The translations under genes were made by a program, and so were the position numbers. Below the pieces are notes generated by a model. The model saw only the letters and a program-made list of their open reading frames with translations, ran no database searches and was not told where the DNA came from. A DNA stretch of 64,000 bases from positions 28,520,001-28,584,000 of the forward strand of contig OZ024758.1 of NCBI GenBank assembly GCA_964016885.1, written 5' to 3'. The first letter of the stretch is position 1; every line of letters begins with the position of its first letter. Shown one piece after another: positions 1 through 14,567 of the stretch. The DNA is from Eledone cirrhosa (lineage: Eukaryota).

Positions 1-3000
1 ATGAGGTAGACTAGAGTGGCAGTCTTCTCCATCTTGTCACCCAACACCATGAGGTAGACTAGAGTGACAGTCTTCTCCATCTTGTCACCCAGGACCATGA
101 GGTAGACTAGAGTGACAGTCTTCTCCATCTTGTCACCCAGGACCATGAGGTAGACTAGAGTGACAGTCTTCTCCATCCTGTCACCCAACACCATGAGGTA
201 GACTAGAGTGGCAGTCTTCTCCATCCTGTCACCCAACACCATGAGGTAGACAACAGTGGCAGTCTTCTCCATCCTGTCACCCAACACCATGAGGTAGACT
301 AGAGTGACAGTCTTCTCCATCCTGTCACCCAGGACCATGAGGTAGACTAGAGTGACAGTCTTCTCCATCTTGTCACCCAGGACCATGAGGTAGACTAGAG
401 TGACAGTCTTCTCTATCCTGTCACCCAGGACCATGAGGTAGACTAGAGTGACAGTCTTCTCCATCCTGTCACCCAGGACCATGAGGTAGACTAGAGTGAC
501 AGTCTTCTCCACCTTGTCACCCAGGACCATGAGGTAGACTAGAGTGACAGTCTTCTCCACCTTGTCACCCAGGACCATGAGGTAGACTAGAGTGACAGTC
601 TTCTCTATCTTGTCACCCAACACCATGAGGTAGACTAGAGTGACAGTCTTCTCCATCCTGTCACCCAGGACCATGAGGTAGACTAGAGTGACAGTCTTCT
701 CCACCTTGTCACCCAGGACCATGAGGTAGACTAGAGTGACAGTCTTCTCTATCCTGTCACCCAGGACCATGAGGTAGACTAGAGTGACAGTCTTCTCCAT
801 CCTGTCACCCAGGACCATGAGGTAGACTAGAGTGACAGTCTTCTCCATCCTGTCACCCAGGACCATGAGGTAGACTAGAGTGACAGTCTTCTCCACCTTG
901 TCACCCAGGACCATGAGGTAGACTAGAGTGACAGTCTTCTCTATCCTGTCACCCAGGACCATGAGGTAGACTAGAGTGACAGTCTTCTCCATCCTGTCAC
1001 CCAGGACCATGAGGTAGACTAGAGTGACAGTCTTCTCCATCTTGTCACCCAGGACCATGAGGTAGACTAGAGTGACAGTCTTCTCCATCCTGTCACCCAA
1101 CACCATGAGGTAGACTAGAGTGACAGTCTTCTCCATCCTGTCACCCAGGACCATGAGGTAGACTAGAGTGACAGTCTTCTCCATCTTGTCACCCAGGACC
1201 ATGAGGTAGACTAGAGTGGCAGTCTTCTCCATCTTGTCACCCAACACCATGAGGTAGACTAGAGTGACAGTCTTCTCCATCCTGTCACCCAACACCATGA
1301 GGTAGACTAGAGTGGCAGTCTTCTCAATCTTGTCACCCAACACCATGAGGTAGACTAGAGTGACAGTCTTCTCCATCTTGTCACCCAGGACCAAGAGGTA
1401 GACTAGAGTGACAGTCTTCTCCATCCTGTCACCCAGGACCATGAGGTAGACTAGATGACAGTCTTCTCCATCCTGTCACCCAGGACCAAGAGGTAGACTA
1501 GAGTGACAGTCTTCTCCATCTTGTCACCCAGGACCAAGAGGTAGACTAGAGTGACAGTCTTCTCCATCTTGTCACCCAGGACCAAGAGGTAGACTAGAGT
1601 GACAGTCTTCTCCATCCTGTCACCCAGGACCATGAGGTAGACTAGAGTGACAGTCTTCTCCATCTTGTCACCCAACACCATGAGGTAGACTAGAGTGACA
1701 GTCTTCTCCATCTTGTCACCCAACACCATGAGGTAGACTAGAGTGACAGTCTTCTCCATCCTGTCACCCAGGACCATGAGGTAGACTAGAGTGACAGTCT
1801 TCTCCATCTTGTCACCCAGGACCATGAGGTAGACTAGAGTGACAGTCTTCTCCATCCTGTCACCCAGGACCATGAGGTAGACTAGAGTGACAGTCTTCTC
1901 CATCTTGTCACCCAGGACCATGAGGTAGACTAGAGTGACAGTCTTCTCCATCTTGTCACCCAGGACCATGAGGTAGACTAGAGTGGCAGTCTTCTCCATC
2001 CTGTCACCCAGGACCATGAGGTAGACTAGAGTGACAGTCTTCTCCATCTTGTCACCCAACACCATGAGGTAGACTAGAGTGACAGTCTTCTCCATCCTGT
2101 CACCCAGGACCATGAGGTAGACTAGAGTGACAGTCTTCTCCATCTTGTCACCCAGGACCATGAGGTAGACTAGAGTGACAGTCTTCTCCATCTTGTCACC
2201 CAGGACCATGAGGTAGACTAGAGTGGCAGTCTTCTCCATCCTGTCACCCAGGACCATGAGGTAGACTAGAGTGACAGTCTTCTCCATGCTGTCACCCAAC
2301 ACCATGAGGTAGACTAGAGTGACAGTCTTCTCCATCCTGTCACCCAGGACCATGAGGTAGACTAGAGTGACAGTCTTCTCCATCCTGTCACCCAGGACCA
2401 TGAGGTAGACTAGAGTGACAGTCTTCTCCATCTTGTCACCCAGGACCATGAGGTAGACTAGAGTGACAGTCTTCTCCATCTTGTCACCCAGGACCATGAG
2501 GTAGACTAGAGTGACAGTCTTCTCCATCTTGTCACCCAGGACCATGAGGTAGACTAGAGTGACAGTCTTCTCCATCTTGTCACCCAGGACCATGAGGTAG
2601 ACTAGAGTGACAATCTTCTCCATCTTGTCACCCAACACCATGAGGTAGACTAGAGTGACAGTCTTCTCCATCCTGTCACCCAACACCATGAGGTAGACTA
2701 GAGTGACAGTCTTCTCCATCCTGTCACCCAACACCATGAGGTAGACTAGAGTGACAGTCTTCTCCATCTTGTCACCCAGGACCATGAGGTAGACTAGGGT
2801 GACAGTCTTCTCCATCTTGTCACCCAGGACCATGAGGTAGACTAGAGTGACAGTCTTCTCCATCTTGTCACCCAGGACCATGAGGTAGACTAGAGTGACA
2901 GTCTTCTCTATCCTGTCACCCAGGACCATGAGGTAGACTAGAGTGACAGTCTTCTCCATCTTGTCACCCAGGACCATGAGGTAGACTAGAGTGACAGTCT

Positions 3001-6000
3001 TCTCCATCCTGTCACCCAGGACCATGAGGTAGACTAGAGTGACAGTCTTCTCCATCCTGTCACCCAACACCATGAAGTAGACTAGAGTGACAGTTTTCTC
3101 CTTCTTGTCACCCAGGACCATGAGGTAGACTAGAGTGACAGTCTTCTCCAACCTGTCACCCAGGACTATGAGGTAGACTAGAGTGACAGGCTTCTCCATC
3201 CTGTCACCCAGGACCATGAGGTAGACTAGAGTTACAGTCTTCTCCATCTTGTCACCCAGGACCATGAGGTAGACTAGAGTGACAGTCTTCTCCATCTTGT
3301 CACCCAGGACCATGAGGTAGACTAGAGTGACAGTCTTCTCCATCTTGTCACCCAGGACCATGAGGTAGACTAGAGTGACAGTCTTCTCCATCTTGTCACC
3401 CAGGACCATGAGGTAGACTAGAGTGACAGTCTTCTCCATCCTGTCACCCAGGACCATGAGGTAGACTAGAGTGACAGTCTTCTCCATCTTGTCACCCAGG
3501 ACCATGAGGTAGACTAGAGTGACAGTCTTCTCCATCTTGTCACCCAGGACCATGAGGTTGACTAGAGTGACAGTCTTCTCCATCCTGTCACCCAACACCA
3601 TGAGGTAGACTAGAGTGACAGTCTTCTCCATCCTGTCACCCAACACCATGAGGTAGACTAGAGTGACAGTCTTCTCCATCCTGTCACCCAACACCATGAG
3701 GTAGACTAGAGTGACAGTCTTCTCCATCCTGTCACCCAACACCATGAGGTAGACTAGAGTGACAGTCTTCTCCATCCTGTCACCCAGGACCATGAGGTAG
3801 ACTAGAGTGGCAGTCTTCTCCATCTTGTCACCCAGGACCATGAGGTAGACTAGAGTGGCAGTCTTCTCCATCTTGTCACCCAGGACCATGAGGTAGACTA
3901 GAGTGACAGTCTTCTCCATCTTGTCACACAGGACCATGAGGTAGACTAGAGTGGCAGTCTTCTCCATCTTGTCACCCAGGACCATGAGGTAGACTAGAGT
4001 GACAGTCTTCTCCATCCTGTCACCCAACACCATGAGGTAGACTAGAGTGACAGTCTTCTCCATCCTGTCACCCAACACCATGAGGTAGACTAGAGTGACA
4101 GTCTTCTCCATCTTGTCACCCAGGACCATGAGGTAGACTAGAGTGACAGTCTTCTCCATCTTGTCACACAGGACCATGAGGTAGACTAGAGTGACAGTCT
4201 TCTCCATCTTGTCACCCAGGACCATGAGGTAGACTAGAGTGACAGTCTTCTCCATCTTGTCACACAGGACCATGAGGTAGACTAGAGTGACAGTCTTCTC
4301 CATCTTGTCACCCAGGACCATGAGGTAGACTAGAGTGGCAGTCTTCTCCATCTTGTCACCCAGGACCATGAGGTAGACTAGAGTGACAGTCTTCTCCATC
4401 CTGTCACCCAGGACCATGAGGTAGACTAGAGTGACAGTCTTCTCCATCCTGTCACCCAGGACCATGAGGTAGACTAGAGTGACAGTCTTCTCTATCCTGT
4501 CACCCAGGACCATGAGGTAGACTAGAGTGACAGTCTTCTCTATCCTGTCACCCAGGACCATGAGGTAGACTAGAGTGGCAGTCTTCTCCATCTTGTCACC
4601 CAGGACCATGAGGTAGACTAGAGTGACAGTCTTCTCCATCTTGTCACACAGGACCATGAGGTAGACTAGAGTGACAGTCTTCTCCATCCTGTCACCCAGG
4701 ACCATGTGGTAGACTAGAGTGACAGTCTTCTCCATCCTGTCACCCAGGACCATGAGGTAGACTAGAGTGACAGTCTTCTCCATCCTGTCACCCAGGACCA
4801 AGAGGTAGACTAGAGTGACAGTCTTCTCCATCTTGTCACCCAGGACAATGAGGTAGACTAGAGTGACAGTCTTCTCCATCTTGTCACCCAGGACCATGAG
4901 GTAGACTAGAGTGACAGTCTTCTCCATCTTGTCACCCAGGACCATGAGGTAGACTAGAGTGACAGTCTTCTCCATCCTGTCACCCAGGACCATGAGGTAG
5001 ACTAGAGTGACAGTCTTCTCCATCTTGTCACCCAGGACCAAGAGGTAGACTAGAGTGACAGTCTTCTCCATCTTGTCACCCAGGACCATGAGGTAGACTA
5101 GAGTGACAGTCTTCTCCATCTTGTCACCCAGGACCATGAGGTAGACTAGAGTGACAGTCTTCTCCATCTTGTCACCCAGGACCATGAGGTAGACTAGAGT
5201 GGCAGTCTTCTCCATCTTGTCACCCAACACCATGAGGTAGACTAGAGTGACAGTCTTCTCCATCTTGTCACCCAGGACCATGAGGTAGACTAGAGTGGCA
5301 GTCTTCTCCATCTTGTCACCCAACACCATGAGGTAGACTAGAGTGGCAGTCTTCTCCATCTTGTCACCCAGGACCATGAGGTAGACTAGAGTGACAGTCT
5401 TCTCCATCTTGTCACCCAGGACCATGAGGTAGACTAGAGTGACAGTCTTCTCCATCTTGTCACCCAACACCATGAGGTAGACTAGAGTGACAGTCTTCTC
5501 CATCTTGTCACCCAGGACCATGAGGTAGACTAGAGTGGCAGTCTTCTCCATCCTGTCACCCAGGACCATGAGGTAGACTAGAGTGACAGTCTTCTCCATC
5601 CTGTCACCCAGGACCATGAGGTAGACTAGAGTGACAGTCTTCTCCATCTTGTCACCCAGCACCATGAGGTAGACTAGAGTGACAGTCTTCTCCATCTTGT
5701 CACCCAGGACCATGAGGTAGACTATAGTGACAGTCTTCTCTATCTTGTCACCCAGGACCATGAGGTAGACTAGAGTGGCAGTCATCTCCATCCTGTGACC
5801 CAGGACCATGAGGTAGACTAGAGTGACAGTCTTCTCCATCTTGTCACCCAGGACCATGAGGTAGACTAGAGTGACAGTCTTCTCCATCCTGTCACCCAGG
5901 ACCATGAGGTAGACTAGAGTGACAGTCTTCTCCATCTTGTCACCCAGGACCATGAGGTAGACTAGAGTGGCAGTCATCTCCATCCTGTGACCCAGGACCA

Positions 6001-6020
6001 TGAGTTAGATTAGGGTGGCA
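1..6020. repeat. 48-bp tandem satellite, ~125 copies, runs off window start
   Basis: unit ATGAGGTAGACTAGAGTGACAGTCTTCTCCATCYTGTCACCCAGGACC; one 2-bp deletion near 1455. Confidence 0.98.
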
Positions 6021-6393
6021 GAGAGTTAATAATGTTGACACACATAATGTTGACATGTGCTAGTTAAGATATGAGGCCCCTTACTTGAGTCCTGAATGAG
6101 GTAAAACATTTTTTTGGCAGGAAGATGGGCCCCTCTGGCCAATGGGGCCCTGTGCTTAAGCACACCTAAGCACAATGGTAAATCCGGCACTGCACACACA
6201 CACACGCTCACATGATGACTAACAGGCATATTCCCCTTATTAAGGTAAACCTTCTCATTGATAATTTGGAGAGAATATTTTTATATTTACCATTATTATG
6301 TAAGTAAAGAAATGGGAGCTATGGCAGACATCTCTCTCACAATTACATTTCCAGTAGTTATTTTCTTTTAGTCCTTTACTTGTTTCAATTAAT

Positions 6394-6596
6394 GGTTTCA
6401 AATTTAGGCACAAGGCCCACAATTTTAGCGGAGAGGAAAGTCGATTAAATCGACCCCAGTGCATTACTAGTGCTTTATTTTATCGACCCCATAAGGAGGA
6501 AAGGCAAAGCTAACCTCAAAGAACTCAGAACGTAAAGGGCCATATACTGCAAAGCATGGTGTCCAACGCCCTGCTGATTCTGTTAACCCACTGCCC
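6394..6596 (-). mobile_element. tRNA-derived SINE, family A
   Basis: core GCCTTTC...GGGGTCGATAAAATAAAG on minus strand; 16-bp TSD ACTTGTTTCAATTAAT at 6378-6393 and 6597-6612. Confidence 0.85.
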
Positions 6597-8926
6597 ACTT
6601 GTTTCAATTAATAGACTGTAATCATGCTCAGGCACCACCTTGAAGAGATTTAGTTAACCCCAGGATTTATTTTTTTTCAAATTTGGTGCTTATTTTATTA
6701 ATCTCTTTTTGTCAAACTGCTAAGTTATTAGACATAAACAAACAGTAAACATAAACAGAATTGCACACACACACTCACTCACGTGTATATACAGCGTACC
6801 CTCAACATTCGCGGTTCCGGTTATTTGCGGAATCTTCCTTAGAACCTCACCAATAATTGTTCATGGAAACCACCGTGTATTCGCGGAATCGTAAATATCT
6901 TCCGTGATTTTTTTATGGCTTCCTATGTGGCAATATATATAGTTTTTAATGCTAAATTATTAATAACAATATACCGTATTGGACACCCCCTTTTTTTTTT
7001 ATTAAATTTTACATTATATTTTGATGTTTATAGTGATTTCCAATTACTGAAATACATGTGTTCAGCACAATAACTATGATGGCTATAAGATATGTAGCTT
7101 TTTAGACATTGATATTTTCTACTTTCAGCATGGTCCTTGTCCCAGATCAGGCCCATGTCTTCCTCTGTAAACCTCAACCGTGTCTTGATGGGTCTGCCTT
7201 GCTCCATTCTGATTTTCCATTTAAGAAAAGTTCTCCACAGGTCTCTACATGGACATGGTCAAGCATCTTCCACCATCATATGGTTATGGTTTTCCCTAAG
7301 CTGGGCCCATTCTATGAGCCCCACCCCACTATTTGTGATATGGTCATACCAAGAAATTCTAAAATGTGCTAAATAACACAGTCTATGTTAAAGAATAATA
7401 TAAATGCCTTGAAGTATTTAGTTATGTCTCTAAACATTCTTAGTTCAAAATCATAACTATGATAGTAGAAATGTGTTTTTACCCTTTAGTATTTAAACTG
7501 GCCATATCTGACCAAAATTCTCTCACCTCTTTCTGTTCAAACCGGCCATAACCGGCTACTCATACTGATGTTAAGGTATTGTTTTCAAAGTAAATAATGT
7601 CAAAATCTCATAGAAATTTGCCAAAACTACACCTGATGCCCCCCTTCCATACACATGCCCACATGTGTATATCATGACTCATGCACTGTTCATTTTCCTC
7701 ACGTTTGTACCTTACCCTATGTACTATACATACACTTTTGATGGCATTGTAATGCACCTGAACACTGTACACAATATTTTCATTATTATTATTATTATGT
7801 GAAAGAGTAATGTGAATGGTAAAGGGTTAAGAGCTAAATACTGTACATGGTTCTTATAAAGTGAAGGAAAATGAAAATATATCAGCATCTAGATATCAAT
7901 TACTACAATACAATGTAGTATTCTAAAAAATAAAATCAGCTTCAAAAATACACTTCCGATGCTTTCATTATCTATGCTGTATGTTATATATTTTATTTCC
8001 CAAGATTTTGTGAACATATTACTACATGCTTCTAAAATTAAAACATGCAACAGTTTTACAACAGTTCATACATGCACAAAAAACAAAACTTACACTTAAC
8101 TTAAGGGAACACAATGATTACATGTACAAATTCCTGATTTTACTTACTCTCGGCTCCCAAATAAGGAGAGGGGTTTGGAATAAGTGGGGTTGCAGGGTTG
8201 AAAACTGGTAATTTTTCTAGGCTGTGTCCCTTACTTTTTTTTAGAAACCAGAATTCGTCATTTAGTTTACATATTAAGACCCCCAACCCATCCTACTTAT
8301 TTTATAATGTTTTTTCACTGGTTTCATTTATTGAACCAGGCACCAAATTCAAGAGTTTTAGTCAGTTATATAGAGCTGAGTAACTTAACCCTTTAGCATT
8401 TAAACTGGCCATATATGGCCAGAATTCTCTCACCTCTTTCTGTTCAAACCAGCCATAACCGGCCACTTATACTGATGTTAATCTTCTGGATGCTACAGGT
8501 GCATTATATCGTTCAGAGAGTAATCTCCCCTTAATACATAATGCAGTGACAAGGGAAGCAAATCATACAAATTTCTAGTGTGCTAAAAGTTAAGGTATTA
8601 TTCTCAAAATAAATAACATTAAAATCTCAGATTCAATATTATGTGAAATAATTATGTGAAATAAAGCATTTACCATGAAAACACATTAATAAATATAGAG
8701 TAATGTAAATGCTAAAGGTTTATTTGTTTGACACTGATTCAGCTAATCATTTTTGTTGCTGTTATTGTGTCACTGACTAATCTCCCCCCGACCAGTAGAG
8801 TATATAAACTTTTTATTCATAATTTCTAAAAAAAAATTAGGGGATTTTCATAACCATGCAAAACTATATTTGTGTAGAAATTTACAATAAAATCAGATCA
8901 TGTTCATCAAATGGAAAAGGTGTGTG

Positions 8927-8957
<31 letters not shown>

Positions 8958-9299
8958 TTGCAAATATAGTTTAACGTTTGGTCCCATTGCAAGGCATCTT
9001 CAGTATGTATTCTATTATAGCCTTGGATTGACCAATATGATAGGCACAAACTTGCATGGCATGGCTCTATAAATTCTTAGGGAGTCTTATGGGTGCCATA
9101 TTAACATACAATGTTTCTAGGGGCATTTTGCTTAAAAACCTGGCAAAGCCCTCTCCAGGTGTTGATACAACAGATTTCTTCCAGAGAACGGTAGATGGTG
9201 ATAATTCAAATGGAAAACAAGACAAAAAACAAACAAACGTTTCCATGTTTTAGCTGCTCATTCCAGGCGACACTTGGTCGTTCAATGGTTTTAGAAGTG

Positions 9300-9660
9300 T
9301 GATGTTTTATGGCAATGAGACATGGGTCATATATGCAGAGGATATAGAAAGGCTGGAGAGAAATAAAGCAATCATGCTCTGTTGGATGTGTAATGTTAGT
9401 GTTCATGAATGACAGGAAATGGATGACTGAGAGATAAGCTGGGTATAAGAGGAATCATATATAGTGTGCAAGATAGACGACTACATTAGTATGGACATGT
9501 GATGTTTATGGAGCATGAAGTTTTGGTGAAGAAGTGCCAGATGGTGCAAGTGGAAGGAAGCTGTGGTAGAGGAATATCATGGAAAATCTGGACAGAGGTG
9601 GTTAAAGCTGATCTCAAAATATTGAACCTCACAGTGGAGATGAAGGGATACTAGCAAGGA
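9300..9660 (+). mobile_element. degenerate RTE LINE fragment
   Basis: similar to 13670 copy (GGGTATAAGAGG, TATGGACATGTGATG, GTGAAGAAGTGCCAG) with stops. Confidence 0.75.
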
Positions 9661-11274
9661 CCCATACAACTAGGAACAATAGTGCCTAAAGCAAGATGTC
9701 AAATTGCACCTCTGCCCAACACTATTTTTTTAACTGTGGGCCTAATAATTTATATAAATGGTTTAATGTGATCACCCATGATAATCAAAGACAGATGTTA
9801 CATCTGAAGGAGTTTATTTTTTCACTCTCCGACGATAGCTTATCTGACTTTAATAGAAAAGGCTCCTAGTCCAAGTGGTGTCCCACCTTCAAGTGGTGCC
9901 CATGGTGTGTAGCATGCTTGCTATACCCTAGTTACACCTCTGCATACAACATATGCAAACATAGAAAAACAGACATTAAAATGATGATGATTATAACATA
10001 CATTGTTAAGTGTTAGAAAATCTATACTTATAAAGAAACAAGCATTTGCTCTACCACTGCATAAGAATGCCTTGTTGATAAGATAGAAAGTCTAACGTAA
10101 TCTAATTAAGCATCCTATGCCCCAGCATGGCCTCAGCCGCTCAGCTGAAACGCAAATGAATAAATAAATAAATATATACTCTTTCAACATGTGGATAACA
10201 CCATCATTGTTTAAATTAAAAACCAGAGATATGATTATAAGTCTGGTAATTAACAAAACTGTCTCATACATAATTCAAATGGCTATTAAGGATTTAAAAT
10301 GAAAATTTGTATTTAGTCATCATTGTCTTCTTAATAATCCCCATCATATCCTTCTCCTCATCAATTTATATTCATTTTCCATGATAGAAGTGGCTAGACA
10401 TCATCATCATTTTACACCCGCCTTTCCTTGCTTGCAAGGGTTGGACAATATATAAATTTTAGCCAGGAAATTTAACAATGATAATAAGTTCTAACTGACT
10501 ATCATATCACAGACCTGCCAACCTCTAAAAACCCAAATGGGAAATACCATGGAAAAAGGTACCCCAAAACGGGGAGAAATGAGGCAAAATGGGGATATTT
10601 TACGTAATGAAAGCTGTACCCATTTTCACAAGAGAAGACATCTCTCACTCACCCCAAAGGCTAGTGCAAATCTCTCCATTGGGTGGGGAGAGTTGACAAG
10701 TCTATATCATAATCATATCATCTGAAAAGGAGTGGTATTTGAAACCAATTCCATCTATTAATGCAATTTATATAATTATTTTGTCATTATAATACAACCA
10801 GTCTGAAATTATTGAAACAATTACTAGTTCATAAACCTTTAATGCAGTTTCTGCCAACTCCATATGTGTATTTCTAATCTAAAATGAAAATGAATAAGCA
10901 CTGTTGATATAGATGTGTATTAAAACTAATGCTTGGATTACAATAGGAAATTAACTGGTGGATTAGAAATTAAGCAAGCAGAAATTAGAATCTAAATACA
11001 AATATAACTATAATTATCAGATATAAACAAAAGAATTACAAGGTTATATTAACGAATTCAACAAACACAACAAATATAATTGTAATATTACAAATTATAA
11101 TCATATCACTTTTTTTTTTAATTTAAATAAATAAAGCAACAACAAAGGTACCAACTTAATTCTAATTCACAATAACATGCACAGAATGTTTATACAGAAA
11201 ATAATACAACACCGAATCTTAATACACAAAATGATACAACACTGAAACAACAATTATATGAGCATTTTTCATAC

Positions 11275-11292
11275 CAGCAGCACGTTCGTTTG
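11275..11292 (-). CDS. CADPS: candidate 18-nt CADPS microexon (ANERAA)
   Basis: tctttctttacag|CAAACGAACGTGCTGCTG|gtatga; phase 1-1, frame-preserving, follows the YAKIE exon. Confidence 0.65.
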
Positions 11293-11528
11293 CTGTAAAG
11301 AAAGATATTTTGTTAATTGAAATAAGTAAGGCATATTTTGGTAAATATAATAAAAGTTTTTATTTAAGAGCCCCAAAAAATAGGCTGCAGGGATTTAATA
11401 TGTTATTTATCGCTCTTGTGTCAACTTTCCATGCAAGCTTTGTTTAGATAAGATTCTGAAGTAGTTTGCTTCAGTTGGATGACCTTCTTAACACCAGCCC
11501 ATTCTATATTTTCAAATATGGTATATAC

Positions 11529-11822
11529 CAGAGGTCCCCAACCACAGGGTCATGGACCAGTACCAGTCTGTGGATCATTTGCTACTGGGTCGCAAAGAAA
11601 TAATTAACTTGTTTAAAACTATATCATAGATAAATTGAATATTGAATTTTAATTTTAAAAGATTTGTTTAAATATTTAATATTCATCTACTTTAATAAAT
11701 TGTTCTTTTTATTATTGCTCTCTTTATTGACATGCACTTAAATAACACATATGTGCAACTCCGCGGAAAGATTGTCCAGCATGAAGCCAGTCTGTGGTAT
11801 AAAAAAAGGTTGGCAACCACTG
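11529..11822. mobile_element. hAT (Charlie-like) MITE
   Basis: TIRs CAGAGGTCCCCAACC / GGTTGGCAACCACTG; no clear TSD. Confidence 0.65.
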
Positions 11823-12564
11823 ATGTTCATTGAACTGTTAAGCTGCAGGATATATTGTTTACACAGGACATAAACAAATGACAATACTTGCTTTATATGG
11901 TGTCAATATGAAGAGGCAATCCAAACCAATGACAAAATTAAAATGTAAAGAATTTAAGTAAAATTAATTAAAAACCTTTAAAAGATTTTTTTATATAAAT
12001 TTAAAATGTCAACCATTCCCAAAGATTATTATCAACAAAAAATTATTAAGTTATCTGGATGAGTTCAAAACATTACCAACATAAAACTATTACTGGATAC
12101 ATGAATGAGTATATACATATTATATAATAATTGACTGCAAACATTTTAGAATTTCGTAAATGTGAATAATGTTTTAAAAATAAACAAAGTTTATCAATTA
12201 CTGAAATGATGATAATTGTTCTGAAAAATATCCTTCACAAGTTAAGAGGTTCATCTGACTGGAGCTTGTCCCAGTTTCATGTGGCATTATATATATCATC
12301 ATCATCATCATCACTGTTTAGCGCACATTTTTCCATGCTTACATGGGTTAGATGGGTCATCCACGCCAGGAGGAAATTTGGCCAAAGTTAGCCATGCCAC
12401 ACCTTGCTTCGGCGAGGACTGTAAATTTGGCTGGGTATTTTACAACTGGATACCCTTCCTAACACCAACCACATTTACAGAGTGGACCTGGATATATATA
12501 TTTTGTAAACTATCTAATGAGTTAATATTAGGACTATACTATATGATATCTTAAATAACCTCAC

Positions 12565-12688
12565 CTTCAATTTTTGCATATTCAGATATTTTAGTATAAT
12601 TAACTAAAGCTGCGTTTTCCAAACATTTCTTGATAACTTTCCTAACTTCTTCAGGAGTGACTGGTGTCACTATATCTTTCATCAGAAC
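12565..12688 (-). CDS. CADPS: CADPS exon
   Basis: ttttag/gtgagg; 124 nt; [41 protein letters not shown] + 1 nt. Confidence 0.96.
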
Positions 12689-12715
12689 CTAAAAATAGAA
12701 ATAAAAAATATATAA

Positions 12716-12970
12716 TAATAATAATGAAATTATTGTGTACAGTGCTCAGGTGCACTACAACTCATCAAAGGTTCATGTATAGAACATAGAATAATGTACA
12801 AATGTCAGGAAAGTGAACAGCGTGTGAGTCATAATATACATATGTGTGTGTGTATGCAGGGGGGGGGGGGGCTATCAGGTGTAGTGTTGGTGAATTTCGG
12901 GAAGCATGGAGGTTTTAAAAGATGCAGTGTCCTAGCAGCTAACAGCTGATGCAGGTAGTTTGTTCCATGC
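12716..12970 (-). mobile_element. CR1/L2-type LINE 3' end with (ATT)n tail
   Basis: minus strand WNKLPASAVSC*DTASFK; related copies at ~7620-7797 (+) and ~17371-17726 (+, internally duplicated). Confidence 0.72.
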
Positions 12971-13669
12971 CAGATATGGCTGGTTTAAATGCTAAAGGGT
13001 TAAACAGATTTCATCAGTGCTTCCAAAAAAAATTTTGTGAGGAAGAATAAGACAGCTTTTGAATTTCTGCCAGGGATGGAAGAAGAACTCTTTCAAAATT
13101 CAATGAGACTGAGGGGTTGCCTTTTTCAGGACAGGAGTGAGATATTCATGGGTCCTTTTTTATCCTTCAGTGCTCCAGTCCAAATATTTTAAGCTATGAT
13201 CATGTCATAGTTACATTAGTAACAGGATAAGAGTGGCAGATACATTTCACTGTCACTGTGTTAGTACTAGCACTAATTAAAATTAACTGGTCAAGTTTGC
13301 ATTATATGTAAATAAGCCTTTACCAAGAATAGTTTGTTTATAAAATGTATAAGATCTTTTCTTCTGTAACAGTTTCAGCATCAGGATGTAAGTAAATGAC
13401 TGTTAATGAACTGTATTGACAGTGGAAAGCTTCTACTGCTCTTACCCTAGGGCTGAGTATGACATGATCACAAATTAAAATACTCTCAGCAACACTAAAT
13501 GTATGTTTATTACATGTAAACATATTGTTCATGTAGCCCTGATATTAACAGAAACATACTCATTTGTTTCTACAAAATATGCCATATCAGATGACAAGTG
13601 CTTATTTTATATTATAACTAGACATTTCTCTAACTAAAATCCATGGTGAAATCTTTCTCATAATTTTAT

Positions 13670-13952
13670 ATGGGTATAAGAGGGATAAGTTGTGGTGTGC
13701 AGGAGAGAAGGTTGAGATGGTATGGACATGTGATGCACATGCAGGATGGCCGATGGGTGAAGAAGTGCCAGGAAGTCCCAGTGGAGGGAAGACGCAGTAG
13801 AGGTAGACCACGAAAAACATGGGCGGAGGTGGTGAGAGCAGACCTCAGATCGCTGAAACTCAGGGAGATAACGAAGGACCGTGATGGGTGGGGAGATGCT
13901 GTGCTGAATAGGACCCGTCCAACACTTGCAAGCAGGGAAAAGCGGACGTAAA

Positions 13953-13987
<35 letters not shown>
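13670..13987 (+). mobile_element. RTE-clade LINE 3' fragment
   Basis: RRLRWYGHV...GRRSRGRPRKTW motif typical of RTE ORF C-termini; (GAT)n tail. Confidence 0.88.
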
Positions 13988-14503
13988 CAAGTTAATGATA
14001 ATTATAAAGTACAGCTAAATGATATTGAGTTAATTAAAAAGTTTTAATCTCTTGATTCCCATAGCATTGTTTCTAAACATTTAAACAAATTCTAGGATTA
14101 ATTATAATTAATTATAAACTATCAAATTAATAATTGTTTCTACTTTAGGCACAAGGCCAGCAATTACCCAGTGCATTACTGGTACTTTATTTTATCGACC
14201 CCGTAAGGATGAAAGGCAAAGTCAACCATTTACATTACTCTATATTTACTATAGTAATTTCATGGTGAAGGCTTTACTTCACATAATTATCTCACATAAT
14301 ATCGAATCTATGAGATTTTAATATAATTTATTTTGAGGATAATACCTTAACATCAGTATGAGTGGCCAATTGTGGCCGGTTTGAACAGAAAAGATAAGAG
14401 AATTCTGGCTGGATATGGCCAATTTAAATACTAAACAGTTAAATAACTTCTTTTAATAGTTTTTATAAAAACAACAAATTAGTACAAATTTCGTTTTACT
14501 TAC

Positions 14504-14567
14504 GCGTTCTAACAAAGATAAAGTAGCTTTCAGTGCACCTTCAGGCCTCCCAAATGGGAAGGAATAT
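14504..14567 (-). CDS. CADPS: CADPS exon
   Basis: tcatag/gtaagt; 64 nt; [21 protein letters not shown]. Confidence 0.96.

Noticed and set aside
1451-6001. 1516-aa ORF
   Set aside because: Translation of a 48-bp satellite (16-aa period); broken by a 2-bp deletion while the array continues; no unique domain.
6021-11274. next CAPS exon (PAKKLED-like) and, beyond 42733, the preceding exon (EDKELG-like)
   Set aside because: Not found by eye; they probably lie outside the window beyond the terminal satellites.
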